A stretch of DNA of 64,000 nt from an uncultured Verrucomicrobia subdivision 3 bacterium. GTDB lineage: Bacteria; Verrucomicrobiota; Verrucomicrobiia; Limisphaerales; UBA11358. The position numbers and the translations under genes are program-made. How positions within the stretch are numbered: position 1 is the stretch's first letter; every line of letters begins with the position of its first letter. Of the stretch, positions 18,895 to 29,161 are shown in pieces. Under the pieces are notes generated by a model. The model had not been told where the DNA came from. It saw only the letters and a program-made list of their open reading frames with translations, and made no database searches. Location: positions 17,156-81,155 of the forward strand of contig CAILMI010000046.1 of assembly GCA_903835255.1 (NCBI GenBank), in the 5' to 3' direction.

Positions 18895-20688
18895 ATGTCT
18901 CCTGTAAAAAAAAATGACGGGCAAAAAATCCTGCTCGGAGCAGGCAATTATGACAGGTATCCAGTGGTGGAAGTCCCTGACAGTGGTGGTCGCTGCAGCA
19001 TTGGGTGGAAAGCAATTGCAGAAAATTTAAATTTTTTTGTTCGTCAAAAAGTTTTAAAAAAAACTGTATTGGTGGTGGAGTGTTATCCTGGGGTGAATGA
19101 ACACGAGATTATCAATCAACTCCAATTACATTTTTCGGCGGATTTGATATTGAAGTCGTCGGAAGCCTTGCTGCCTCCTGATGCTATTCGCGTCCTCACG
19201 GAGCCTTTTTCTGGGGGGGACGACCCCATTTTTGGATTCCTCTCCGGCCTGACACTTCCTCAGTTCTTTGATGAAGATGCAGTGCGGCGGTTTCAAGACA
19301 ATGTTGCGAATCTAAAACAGGGGCTGGTGATCATAGTCGGGGTCGGGGCACGGATCATTGCCGATGGAGATGTTTTCGTCTATGCCAACCTGACACGGTG
19401 GGAGGCGCAAAATCGGTTTCGGCGGCATGAGGTCGGTAATCTCGGTGCCGATAATCGGCAAATGCCAGCCAGCATCCTTTATAAGAACGCTTATTTCATT
19501 GATTGGCGTGCGGCGGACCGTTGGAAAAAACCGCTGATTGCCCAATGGGATTTTGTTTTGGATACCAACAATCCTGCCGAACCCAAGATGGCAGAGGGTG
19601 AAGCCGTGCGCCAGGGACTGAGGCATGCCGTAAATCGTCCTTTCCGGGTAGTCCCATTTTTTGACCCGGCTCCATGGGGTGGACAATGGATGAAGGAGGT
19701 TTGTGATCTTGACCGGAAAACCAAAAATTTTGGATGGTGCTTTGATTGTGTGCCAGAGGAAAATAGCCTAATGCTTGGCTTAGGGGGAGTTTCTTTTGAA
19801 ATACCGGCCTCCGACCTTGTTTTTTACCAGCCGCGAGCATTGCTGGGTGAACAAGTTCATGCCCGTTTCGGCGACGAATTTCCAATCCGTTTTGATCTGC
19901 TGGATACCATGGGCGGGGGTAATCTTTCCTTTCAGGTTCATCCGCTCACCGAGTACATTCAGCAGGCATTTGGAATGCACTACACACAGGATGAAAGTTA
20001 TTATCTGCTGGATGCAGCTCCCGGTGCGGGTGTTTACCTAGGTTTCCGCGATGGAGTGGATGCTGCGGCAATGGCAGGCAATCTCAAAGAAGCCCATGAA
20101 AAATCTTTGCCATTTGAGGTGGATCAGTACGTCAATAAGTGGCCAGCAAAAAAGCACGATCATTTTCTAATTCCAGCTGGAACCGTTCATTGTTCCGGAG
20201 ACAATTCAGTTGTCCTTGAGATTAGTGCCACTCCTTATATATTCACATTCAAGCTGTGGGATTGGGGTCGTCTGGGTCTGGATGGGAAGCCGCGGCCGAT
20301 TAACTTAAAACATGGTCTTGCCAATATCCAATGGGACCAAACAACTTCGTGGGTTGAAAAAAACCTAATAAATCGCATTTGTCCTTTGGGTGAGGGGGAT
20401 GGTTGGCGCGAGGAGCAGACCGGATTGCATCAGCGCGAGTACATTGATACCCGCCGCCATTGGTTCACAAAAGCGGTTCTTCATAACACCCAAGGGGGCG
20501 TCAATGTTCTGAACTTGGTGGAAGGCGAAGAGGTCGTTGTCTCAAGCCCGCACGGATCCTTCGCCCCATTCGTCGTCCATTATGCCGAGACTTTTATTGT
20601 CCCCGCCGCCGTTGGAGAGTATGTGATCGAGCCCACTGGAAAGTCGGCAGGTCAGAAGTGCGCTACGATGAAAGCGTTTGTCCGTTAG
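18895..20688 (+). CDS. Class I mannose-6-phosphate isomerase-like cupin with long N-terminal domain
   Basis: PFFDPAPWGG, FPIRFDLLD, LSFQVHP, QDESYY and IPAGTVH motifs. Confidence 0.85.
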   Translation: MSPVKKNDGQKILLGAGNYDRYPVVEVPDSGGRCSIGWKAIAENLNFFVRQKVLKKTVLVVECYPGVNEHEIINQLQLHFSADLILKSSEALLPPDAIRVLTEPFSGGDDPIFGFLSGLTLPQFFDEDAVRRFQDNVANLKQGLVIIVGVGARIIADGDVFVYANLTRWEAQNRFRRHEVGNLGADNRQMPASILYKNAYFIDWRAADRWKKPLIAQWDFVLDTNNPAEPKMAEGEAVRQGLRHAVNRPFRVVPFFDPAPWGGQWMKEVCDLDRKTKNFGWCFDCVPEENSLMLGLGGVSFEIPASDLVFYQPRALLGEQVHARFGDEFPIRFDLLDTMGGGNLSFQVHPLTEYIQQAFGMHYTQDESYYLLDAAPGAGVYLGFRDGVDAAAMAGNLKEAHEKSLPFEVDQYVNKWPAKKHDHFLIPAGTVHCSGDNSVVLEISATPYIFTFKLWDWGRLGLDGKPRPINLKHGLANIQWDQTTSWVEKNLINRICPLGEGDGWREEQTGLHQREYIDTRRHWFTKAVLHNTQGGVNVLNLVEGEEVVVSSPHGSFAPFVVHYAETFIVPAAVGEYVIEPTGKSAGQKCATMKAFVR

Positions 20689-20823
20689 CATCCATGATTC
20701 CTATTTGGCTTAGAAAACATGTCAAATTTTACCTAGGATGAAGAGGGCGATTTTTTTTAGTACATTAGGAAGTGTAGCGTCGTTACGGAGAAGTTTAATT
20801 TGAATTAATAGACTCATTTTACC

Positions 20824-22659
20824 ATGCCACTGTACGAATATAGGAAAAACGCAAATAACTCTGTGCCTCTCCCTCCCGAGGCGCAGAAATCAATTCTGGT
20901 TGGAACAGCGGCCGTTCTTGCTGAAATCGCAACTCTGCTAAAGAAATTAAGCCAAAAAAAAGGGTGCGTTACGGCTGCTTTGGACGGTTGGTACGGTGTT
21001 AATTGGGCCTTATTAAAGGAGGAATTGACCTTAGCTGCCAAGGCGCAAGGGCTGTCACTTCATCTTGTATTTACTGGGGAGCTATTCAAAACAGAAGCCG
21101 AAATAGAAATATATAGAAAGCCCTATGTCACGGATGACCCTTCCTTTGGACGTGTCAATAATAATGGCATTTTAGAAGATATTTTTGATGTGCAGAAAAT
21201 TGCCGATTTGAAAAATCGGCTTCAAAATCGAGCGGAGACAGATCTGAATGTAATTCTGGTGATAGGTCCCGGTGCAGACATGGAAGAATTGATAAGTTTT
21301 TTTGATGTCAGGTTCTACGCAGACTTTACAATGCAGCCGCTGCTATGGCAGATGTGGGATAGCAAGCTGGTGCCATTTGGCTGTGAGGAACCTGACCGTG
21401 ATTATCACTGGAAAAAATACTACTATTGCGATTTCTATTTACTGCTGAAGCAAAAGAAAAAAGCTTTTTCCAGAATGGACTATTATTTAGACGCGGTAGA
21501 TCCGACTGCTCTTAAAATGATGTCCGCGTCAGTTTATAATTTGATAATTGACGAACTGGTTCAGCGGCCAATTAAACAAGTCAAGATAACGCAGCCGGGT
21601 CCCTGGGGGTCTTACCGCTTCAAGGAGATCTATGAAGAGATTCCCGGTTTGGAAAATATGGCATGGAATGAACTGGCTGGAATTGAATTGAGTATTCTGG
21701 TTGATGTTGGATGCGCAATTTTGACCATGCCTTGCCAAAACATAATGCAGCGTCCTGTGCAAATGGTCGGAGAATATGTGCATCAGAAATTCCCAGATCT
21801 TCTGCCGCTTCAAGTCTGGCTGGACGACGGTTACTTCAAAGATCCGGTGCCTTACGAACGGGGCAGCATGCCCATTCACAACCACCCTGACACGGACTAT
21901 GTGAAGCGCAATTTTAATGAACCCCTAGGACGCTACGAAACATATTATATCGTTGAGGCTTATAAAGATGCGGGAACAATGATGGGCTTCAAGGAGAGTG
22001 CAGACCTGGAAGAGTATGAGCGCCTCTGTCGCGATTCTAAAAATCTCAAAACTTTTGATTGGCAGAAATTCGTTTGCCGGTGGCCCACGAACGTAGGCGA
22101 CCTTTTTCTGATTCCCCCGGGAACGGAACATGGACACGGCGGAAATCAAATGATTTTGGAAATGGATACCGGTCCGAGTGTGGCGGGCACGGAATATTCT
22201 TTTTTCACTTATGATTTTGCGAGGAACACGTGGGACGACAAGGCGAAAAGCATGACAGCGCCGCCAATGAAAATGCATATTGAGCATTCCTTTCGAAACA
22301 ACAAGTGGCGGAGAGAAAAATATGTGCAGGAGCATCTCCGCGCGCGCCCCGTAGTTGTCAGGGGGGATGGGGATACTCGCATGGACCGATTTACTTCGGT
22401 CGATGAAATGCCTTTTGAAATTGAGCGTTTTGTCTTCTCAAAGCCAATGTCCCATAGCACCGAGGGTCGTTTTCTCCAAATACCCACTTTGACGGTGGGC
22501 AAAACGGCAATCATACGTTCCAAGAAGAATCCCCATATACAGACAACTATCGAGTTTCTACAGGCCTGCCTCATCCCAGCTGGCTTTGGTGATTATGAAT
22601 TCATCAGTCCTGATGGATCCCAGTGTACAATTGTCATGATTCGGTTAAAACAGTCATAA
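20824..22659 (+). CDS. Second, divergent mannose-6-phosphate isomerase-like cupin with long N-terminal domain
   Basis: PGPWG, MPIHNHP, RYETYY and IPPGTEH. Same architecture as the upstream paralogue. Confidence 0.75.
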   Translation: MPLYEYRKNANNSVPLPPEAQKSILVGTAAVLAEIATLLKKLSQKKGCVTAALDGWYGVNWALLKEELTLAAKAQGLSLHLVFTGELFKTEAEIEIYRKPYVTDDPSFGRVNNNGILEDIFDVQKIADLKNRLQNRAETDLNVILVIGPGADMEELISFFDVRFYADFTMQPLLWQMWDSKLVPFGCEEPDRDYHWKKYYYCDFYLLLKQKKKAFSRMDYYLDAVDPTALKMMSASVYNLIIDELVQRPIKQVKITQPGPWGSYRFKEIYEEIPGLENMAWNELAGIELSILVDVGCAILTMPCQNIMQRPVQMVGEYVHQKFPDLLPLQVWLDDGYFKDPVPYERGSMPIHNHPDTDYVKRNFNEPLGRYETYYIVEAYKDAGTMMGFKESADLEEYERLCRDSKNLKTFDWQKFVCRWPTNVGDLFLIPPGTEHGHGGNQMILEMDTGPSVAGTEYSFFTYDFARNTWDDKAKSMTAPPMKMHIEHSFRNNKWRREKYVQEHLRARPVVVRGDGDTRMDRFTSVDEMPFEIERFVFSKPMSHSTEGRFLQIPTLTVGKTAIIRSKKNPHIQTTIEFLQACLIPAGFGDYEFISPDGSQCTIVMIRLKQS

Positions 22660-22676
22660 AAACTACTTTTTAAAAC

Positions 22677-23519
22677 ATGAAATCCGCACGTTTGAACCGC
22701 CTTTTTAATTCCAAGTCAAAACGATGTTTTGACGTCGCTGTAGATCATGGTTTTTTTAATGAACATGATTTTTTGGCCGGCATTGAAAATATGCGCAAGG
22801 CTATAGATGTGCTCATCGCTGCGGCACCGGATGCCATACAATTGACCGTCGGCTTGGCTCCTCTCCTTCAGGAGATTCCGGGACGTAATAAGCCGTCGTT
22901 GGTATTACGGACGGATGTGGCCAATGTTTACGGTAAAGATTTGCCCCGAACTTTATTCAGCCGGATGATTCAGAGTCCTGTGGAGCAGGCGTTGCGCCTG
23001 GACGCCACGTGTGTGGTGGTAAACCTATTTCAAATTCCTAACCAGCCCGAAGTTGCCGATCAGTGCGTGCAAAATATTCTCGCGATCAAGCCCGAGTGCG
23101 ACCGCTATGGCATGCCTCTGATGATTGAACCCCTTGTTTTTCAGCCAAATACAATTGCAGGTGGTTACATGGTTGACGGGGATTTAAAAAAAATACTACC
23201 GCTGGTCCGCCAGGCTGTTGAAATGGGGGCGGACATTATTAAAGCCGATCCTACCGATGACGTGAGCACCTTCCATCGAGTTGTTGAAATTTCAGGTCGC
23301 ATTCCTGTGTTGGTTCGGGGCGGCGGTCGGGCTCCGGATAATATTATCCTCCAGCGCACGGAGGCGCTCATAAAGCAGGGTGTGTCCGGCATTGTCTATG
23401 GGCGCAATGTCATACAGCACGCCAATCCTGCGGGGATGACAAAAGCGCTCATGGCTATTGTTCATGATGGGGCGGACGCTGTTTCGGCTTCACATTTTAT
23501 TAACTCTTTGAATGCATGA
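22677..23519 (+). CDS. Class I aldolase (DhnA/DeoC-LacD-like)
   Basis: VAVDHG, GMPLMIEP, GADIIKAD (Schiff-base Lys), RGGG and GIVYGRNVIQ. Confidence 0.85.
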   Translation: MKSARLNRLFNSKSKRCFDVAVDHGFFNEHDFLAGIENMRKAIDVLIAAAPDAIQLTVGLAPLLQEIPGRNKPSLVLRTDVANVYGKDLPRTLFSRMIQSPVEQALRLDATCVVVNLFQIPNQPEVADQCVQNILAIKPECDRYGMPLMIEPLVFQPNTIAGGYMVDGDLKKILPLVRQAVEMGADIIKADPTDDVSTFHRVVEISGRIPVLVRGGGRAPDNIILQRTEALIKQGVSGIVYGRNVIQHANPAGMTKALMAIVHDGADAVSASHFINSLNA

Positions 23520-24649
23520 GCATGAAGGTAAAGATAGGCATCATTGGGTGCGGACTGATGGGGCGCGAAGTGGCGAGCGCATTAAGCCGTTGGTTTGTCC
23601 TGGAAGATCACCCTTGCCACCCAGAATTGGTTGCTGTTTGCGATCCGGTAGCCAGCCGGCGAGATTGGTTCCGTCGAGTGCCAACGGTGAGATTATTCGC
23701 CGCCGACCATCATGAACTGCTGAATTCATCCGAAATTGATGTCGTTTACGTCGCTGTCCCGCATAACCTCCACGAAAAAATCTACCTTGATGTTTTAAAT
23801 TCGGGGAAAGATTTATTTGCAGAAAAACCTTTCGGTGTTGATCTTAGAGCGGCAAAAAATATTTCCTCTGATGCAACAAGATTAAAGCGGTTTGTTCGTT
23901 GCAGTTCTGAATTTCCATTCTTACCGGGCGGGCAGCGCGCTTTCGAAATTGCCAGAGGTGGCGGCTTGGGCCGCTTATTGGAGGTGCGCGCTGGCTTTCT
24001 TCATAGCAGTGATCTAGATCCTAACAAGCCCGCGAACTGGAAGCGGCGGAATGAAACCTGTGGCGAAATCGGAGTCATGGGCGATTTAGGTATGCACGTG
24101 GTTCATATCCCCTTCCGCCTTGGTTGGAAGCCTAAAACTGTTTATGCCCAGTTGCAAAAATTTTATCCCCAGCGTCCCGGTGGAGCGGGTGGAAACGTGA
24201 TCTGTGATACCTGGGATAATGCCACCCTCCATACCGGGGTAGATGTTGATGGTCATGAGATCCCAATGAGGCTCGAGATGAAACGGCTTGCCCCGGGAGA
24301 AACAAATACTTGGTTCGTTGAGATTCTTGGAACTGAGGGCGGGGTAAAATACAGCACCAAAGAGCCCAAGACACTCTGGACGTTTAAACGCGACAGGGAA
24401 CAATGCTGGTTGCGCACCGACCTCGGTTTCAATGGACCCTTCACCACAATTACAGGTGGTATTTTCGAACCCGGTTTCCCCGATTGCTTCCTCCAGATGT
24501 GGGCGTCATTTTTAGCTGAGCGCTGCGGCAAGCTAGGAGGGCGATTCGGATGCGTGACTCCAGATGAAGCCACGATGAGTCATCAGCTTTTCGAATCGGC
24601 GCTAAAATCTCAAATTGAGAAAAATGCCATCCAAATCAACTGGGCTTAG
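23516..24649 (+). CDS. Gfo/Idh/MocA-family oxidoreductase
   Basis: GIIGCGLMG, AEKP and GDLGMH motifs. Confidence 0.9.
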   Translation: MSMKVKIGIIGCGLMGREVASALSRWFVLEDHPCHPELVAVCDPVASRRDWFRRVPTVRLFAADHHELLNSSEIDVVYVAVPHNLHEKIYLDVLNSGKDLFAEKPFGVDLRAAKNISSDATRLKRFVRCSSEFPFLPGGQRAFEIARGGGLGRLLEVRAGFLHSSDLDPNKPANWKRRNETCGEIGVMGDLGMHVVHIPFRLGWKPKTVYAQLQKFYPQRPGGAGGNVICDTWDNATLHTGVDVDGHEIPMRLEMKRLAPGETNTWFVEILGTEGGVKYSTKEPKTLWTFKRDREQCWLRTDLGFNGPFTTITGGIFEPGFPDCFLQMWASFLAERCGKLGGRFGCVTPDEATMSHQLFESALKSQIEKNAIQINWA

Positions 24650-24667
24650 TAGGGCAAAATAATTTCT

Positions 24668-25243
24668 ATGAAACGGAGTGTTATAAACGGTCTGGTCCGA
24701 TCCGCGGAAAAATGCTTTCGAGCCCACAGTTGGAGTCTTCCCCCTAAACCGCGATGGGACGTTACAGATTTTGGGCTCGGGGACTGGCAGCATTTTGGAT
24801 TAGTTTTGGTCAACTTGGCAGAAGAGCAGGAATATTGTGAAAAAATAATGTATGCCAAGGAAAAGATGCAGACTCCGGCTCATTGTCATTGGAAAAAAAA
24901 AGAAGATATAATCTGTCGTTGGGGAAAGCTGGCGGTGCAAGTTTGGGCTGGAATTCCTCATGAAAACCCTGTCAGCAATTTTATAATTTCTATTAATCAC
25001 TCCCCGATGCCAATCATGTCCGGAAGAGTCGTCGAGTTGACCGCTGGTTCCCGAATCACCCTCCTGCCTGGAACGTTTCACGCGTTCTACCCCCTTTCTA
25101 AGGAATGTATTATTGGGGAGGTTTCCACAGCAAACGATGACCGAAATGATAATTTCTTTTTTAACCCGGAAGTGGGTCGGTATCCCGGCATTGAGGAGGA
25201 CGAAGCTGCCTATGTTCCTCTTATAAGCGACAAAAGCTTTTAA
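24668..25243 (+). CDS. D-lyxose/D-mannose family sugar isomerase
   Basis: WDVTDFGLGD, YCEKIM, TPAHCHWKKKEDII and IGEVSTANDD..DNFF. Confidence 0.88.
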   Translation: MKRSVINGLVRSAEKCFRAHSWSLPPKPRWDVTDFGLGDWQHFGLVLVNLAEEQEYCEKIMYAKEKMQTPAHCHWKKKEDIICRWGKLAVQVWAGIPHENPVSNFIISINHSPMPIMSGRVVELTAGSRITLLPGTFHAFYPLSKECIIGEVSTANDDRNDNFFFNPEVGRYPGIEEDEAAYVPLISDKSF

Positions 25244-25244
25244 G

Positions 25245-26264
25245 ATGACACACCGTTCCGGCATTCTTGCGGGTGGAAATTGGATCGTGGATAAGCTGAA
25301 GCTGATTGACACCTATCCCCAACAAGATGCCCTGGCAAACATACTTGATGAAAAAGTTGGAAATGGCGGCAGCCCGTTCAACATACTACTGGATTTGGCA
25401 AATTTAGGCGCAAAATTTCCTTTAGCGGCAGTCGGATTAATTGGAAATGATGCGGATGGACAATGGGTTGTTAATCAATGTGTTCAAAAAAACGTTAATA
25501 CCGATCAATTAACCAAATCCTCATTGTCCCATACATCTTACACCTATGTGATGATGGCTCAAAAAACGGCGCGGCGAACTTTTTTTCATCAACGAGGTGT
25601 AAACGCCCTTCTGGACGACCCCCATTTTAACTTTGAGTCTAGTTCGGCTCGCATTTTTCATCTGGGATACTTGCTTTTGCTCGACCGATTAGATCAACCA
25701 GATGACGATTTTGGAACAGTAGCAGCCAGGGTGTTGCAGCGGGCAACGCTTGCAGGTTTAAAGACGAGTATTGATTTGGTTAGCGAAGACAGTGACCGAT
25801 TCAAAAAAATTGTACTGCCTGCACTGCCCCATGTTGATTATTGTTTTCTTAACGAATTCGAAATTGAACGCACGACTGGAATTCTCGTGCGGCAAAATGA
25901 TAAAATAGATCATGTTGCCTTGAAAGCTGCTGCCGAAATCCTTATTCAGGCAGGCGTCAGGGAATGGGTTGTAGTTCATTTTCCTGAAGGGGCTTGCGCG
26001 GTAGGCCGAAATGGACAGCTGCGAATGCAGGGCAGTCTTTGTGTGCCTCTGTCTAGAATTCGTGGAACGGTAGGTGCTGGCGATGCTTTTGCCGCCGGGG
26101 TGCTTTATGGTTTGCATGAAGGGTGCGATATGGAATCCGCCCTTATTTACGGAGTTTGTGTGGCTGCTGCTTGTCTCTGTGAAGCCGGCTGTTCTGATGG
26201 CGTCCGCCCTCTCGAAGAATGCCTGATGCTAAAAAATGAGTTTGGCGTCCGTTCAGGTTTTTGA
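25245..26264 (+). CDS. PfkB-family carbohydrate kinase
   Basis: GGSPFN, GNDADG, NEFE and GTVGAGDAFAAG. Confidence 0.9.
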   Translation: MTHRSGILAGGNWIVDKLKLIDTYPQQDALANILDEKVGNGGSPFNILLDLANLGAKFPLAAVGLIGNDADGQWVVNQCVQKNVNTDQLTKSSLSHTSYTYVMMAQKTARRTFFHQRGVNALLDDPHFNFESSSARIFHLGYLLLLDRLDQPDDDFGTVAARVLQRATLAGLKTSIDLVSEDSDRFKKIVLPALPHVDYCFLNEFEIERTTGILVRQNDKIDHVALKAAAEILIQAGVREWVVVHFPEGACAVGRNGQLRMQGSLCVPLSRIRGTVGAGDAFAAGVLYGLHEGCDMESALIYGVCVAAACLCEAGCSDGVRPLEECLMLKNEFGVRSGF

Positions 26265-26393
26265 AACAAACATATATTGTATTTTTCATTTCCCGGTTTC
26301 CCTTTTTTAATACTTAATATTCGCTTAGATAAACGACGCTTTCAACGCCGACAAAGTCACGGAATCGTTTTTTGGCCAGCGCGGATGGGATTC

Positions 26394-27623
26394 TCACGCC
26401 GGAAATTGCAGGTAGATCACCTTCAGATATTCCGCCTCTTTGAATCCGGCCGGATGATCCGGCGGATGCTGGAGGGTTTTTAGTTCCCTGAATTGCCGGC
26501 CTGATTTAAGGGCCGCGCGACGCACGGCGTCAAAAAAATCCCCGGCCGGGACGTGGGCCGAGCAGGAACCGGCTACCAGGATTCCGTCCGGCGCCAGCTT
26601 GGCGATGCCCAGGGAGTTGAGTCGTTCGTAGGCGCGCACGGCGCCGTCGCGTTCGGTCGCGCGTTTGGCCAGTGAAGGGGGGTCCAGCACAATCAGATCA
26701 AATAGGGTGCCGCCGGTCCCGAGCCATTCGAAGGCATCCGCCTGCACTGTTTCATGGCGGCACGACGCCACGCCCGGAAAGTGTGTGTTCAGAGCAAAGT
26801 TCCGCTTTGCCGAGTCCAAGGCGTGCGCGCTGATGTCGAGGTCGGTCACCGAGAGGGCGCCGCCGCGGGCGGCATAGACCGAGAACCCCCCGGAGAAACT
26901 GAACGCATTGAGCATCCGCCGCCCGCGTGCCAGGGATTCCACCTCGCGCCGGTTCTCGCGCTGATCCAGGAAAAAACCGGTCTTTTGTCCCTGCAACACT
27001 TCGGCCTCAAAGCGCACGCGGTTCTCCAGGAAAACGACGGATCCGGACGGGGGCTCGCCCAAAAGAATCTGGCCATCGCGCCGCTGAAATGATTTTTCCG
27101 CCACCGCCCGGATGTTCCGGCTCAGTCGCAGGACGATTCGATCTGCCGGGATTTTCTCCCGGAACAGGGCCGTGATCTCCGCGAGTCGGGGGAGCCAGGC
27201 TGCCGTGTAGATTTTCAGAACGAGCGTGGTGTCGTAGCGGTCCAGCACCAGCCCGGGCCAGCCATCGCTCTCGCCGTGGATCAGCCGGTAGCCGGTGGTG
27301 CCGGCGTCAAACCCCTCCCGGCGACGGTCGAGCGCCTGCTCGAGGCGCGTCTGCCACCAGGCCGCATCGATGGTAGCGGGCTTGCCCGCGTGCAGGATGC
27401 GGACGCGGATCGGCGAATCGGGGTCGAACAATCCCACGGCCAGGAATTTGTCTTTGCGGTCGAAGATCACAGCCAGTTCGCCCGACTGCCCGGCCCGGTT
27501 CAATTCGTGGATGCTGTCGGCGAACAGCCAGGGGTGGCCGCCGCGCACGATGGATTCCGCGGCGGCGGTGATGCGCAGACGCAGGCGGGTGACCGCCGGG
27601 GGATTCGCCGCGGGCGGATTCAT
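26394..27623 (-). CDS. rlmI: 23S rRNA m5C1962-type (RlmI-like) SAM methyltransferase
   Basis: GHPW PUA-like start, [29 protein letters not shown] and SCS motifs. Confidence 0.8.
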   Translation of the reverse strand: MNPPAANPPAVTRLRLRITAAAESIVRGGHPWLFADSIHELNRAGQSGELAVIFDRKDKFLAVGLFDPDSPIRVRILHAGKPATIDAAWWQTRLEQALDRRREGFDAGTTGYRLIHGESDGWPGLVLDRYDTTLVLKIYTAAWLPRLAEITALFREKIPADRIVLRLSRNIRAVAEKSFQRRDGQILLGEPPSGSVVFLENRVRFEAEVLQGQKTGFFLDQRENRREVESLARGRRMLNAFSFSGGFSVYAARGGALSVTDLDISAHALDSAKRNFALNTHFPGVASCRHETVQADAFEWLGTGGTLFDLIVLDPPSLAKRATERDGAVRAYERLNSLGIAKLAPDGILVAGSCSAHVPAGDFFDAVRRAALKSGRQFRELKTLQHPPDHPAGFKEAEYLKVIYLQFPA

Positions 27624-28588
27624 TATTCCAGCCCGCAGTTTTTACGGGCGCGCTTCAAAACGGGCTGCGCAACGGCGCGGGCTTTGGCGGCGCCCGCGGC
27701 GAGCACGCCGTGGACGTAATCCAAGTTGCCCGCCAGCTCCGCACGCTTCTTCCGCGCATCGGAAAAATGCTCCCAGTAGTGCTCGAACAGCCCCTTCTTC
27801 AGATCGCCGTACCCGAGTCCTCCGGCGCGCAGGCGGGTTTCGAAATCCAGGCAGACGTCCGCAGGCGCCACGAGTTTCAGAAGTTGGATGGCGAGGTTTT
27901 GGTCGGCGTCCGGCTTGGGTTCCTCGGGCGTGCGCGAGTCCATCCGGATCCCCATGACCTTTTTCCGAAGCAGCTTTTCCTCGCCGAAAATCTCCAGCGT
28001 GTTGCCGTAGCTCTTGCTCATCTTCTCGCCGTCCAGGCCGGGCACCTTGGCCGTCTCCCCCCGGATCTGCGGCTCAGGAATCACAAAGGTCGGGCCGTAC
28101 TGCTCGTTGAATTTGATGGCGATATCGCGCGTCACTTCCACGTGCTGCTTCTGGTCCTGACCGACCGGGACGATGTGGGAATCGTAGATGAGGATGTCGG
28201 CCGCCATCAGCACTGGGTAGGCGAAGAGCCCGTGGTTCACCGGCAGCCCCTTGGCGGACTTGTCTTTGAAGGAATGACACTTCTCCAGCAGGCTCATGGG
28301 CGTGAGCGTGGAGAGAATCCAGGCCAGCTCGGTGACTTCGGGGACGTCGGACTGCCGGAAAAAAACCGACTTCTGGGGGTCGAGGCCGCAGGCGAGGAAA
28401 TCCAGCGCCACGTCGAGCGTGTTCCTGCGGCGCGCGTCGGCATCAAACAGCGAGGTCATGGAGTGGTAATCCGCGATGAAATAAAACGCCTCGCCCCGGG
28501 CCTGCAATTCGATGGCGGGGCGCATCATCCCGAAATAGTTTCCCAGGTGCAGCGCGCCGCTGGGCTGGATGCCGGATAGGATTCGCAT
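27623..28588 (-). CDS. trpS: Tryptophan--tRNA ligase
   Basis: [34 protein letters not shown] and KMSKS. Confidence 0.97.
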   Translation of the reverse strand: MRILSGIQPSGALHLGNYFGMMRPAIELQARGEAFYFIADYHSMTSLFDADARRRNTLDVALDFLACGLDPQKSVFFRQSDVPEVTELAWILSTLTPMSLLEKCHSFKDKSAKGLPVNHGLFAYPVLMAADILIYDSHIVPVGQDQKQHVEVTRDIAIKFNEQYGPTFVIPEPQIRGETAKVPGLDGEKMSKSYGNTLEIFGEEKLLRKKVMGIRMDSRTPEEPKPDADQNLAIQLLKLVAPADVCLDFETRLRAGGLGYGDLKKGLFEHYWEHFSDARKKRAELAGNLDYVHGVLAAGAAKARAVAQPVLKRARKNCGLE

Positions 28589-28737
28589 GGGAGCAGGCTA
28601 ATGGATAATCCTCTGGGAGCCAACCTTGAACCGTCTTGAACCGTCTCACCGTCGTCTAGGTCTCTATCGTCCAGGTTGCGTTCTGATTTGCGTCTTGCAA
28701 ACGGGGTGTATTATCGTTTCAATGTTCGACCGCGGTT

Positions 28738-28813
<76 letters not shown>

Positions 28814-28980
28814 CGTTTCAAATACCCTCACAGCTTCCGTTTCTTAGTTGCTTCCCTCTCAATAATCAAAAGTAGATTGAAATCATTCTCCGCCATCGCC
28901 TGATTGCAGATCCTTTTTTTAAAAAATACCTTGGCGGTCCCGGGGCGTTTCGTCCTTCCGGGCGGGCCTTGAGTTTGTAA

Positions 28981-29161
28981 GCAAAAAAACTGGGAGCCGG
29001 AGGGCGGCTCCCGGTGGGGAAGGGGGGCTGGATCAGAACGACCAGTTGACGATGGGAAAACCGGTCGCGAGTTTGTCCGGGAATTCCTTGAACCAGGGAT
29101 TGTTCCGAGCAATGTTCGCGAGGCCGATTTGCACGCCGTGTAGGTTTTCGGCGTAGTTCAC
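28981..29161. repeat. Direct repeat copy 1 (3' gene end plus terminator); copy 2 at 29650-29830
   Basis: About 180 bp near-identical by eye, including the GGGAGCCG...CGGCTCCC hairpin with its A/T tract. Confidence 0.9.

Noticed and set aside
28625-28650. Short tandem repeat CTTGAACCGT x2 between trpS and tRNA-Phe
   Set aside because: Only two short copies; not distinguishable from chance or local slippage.
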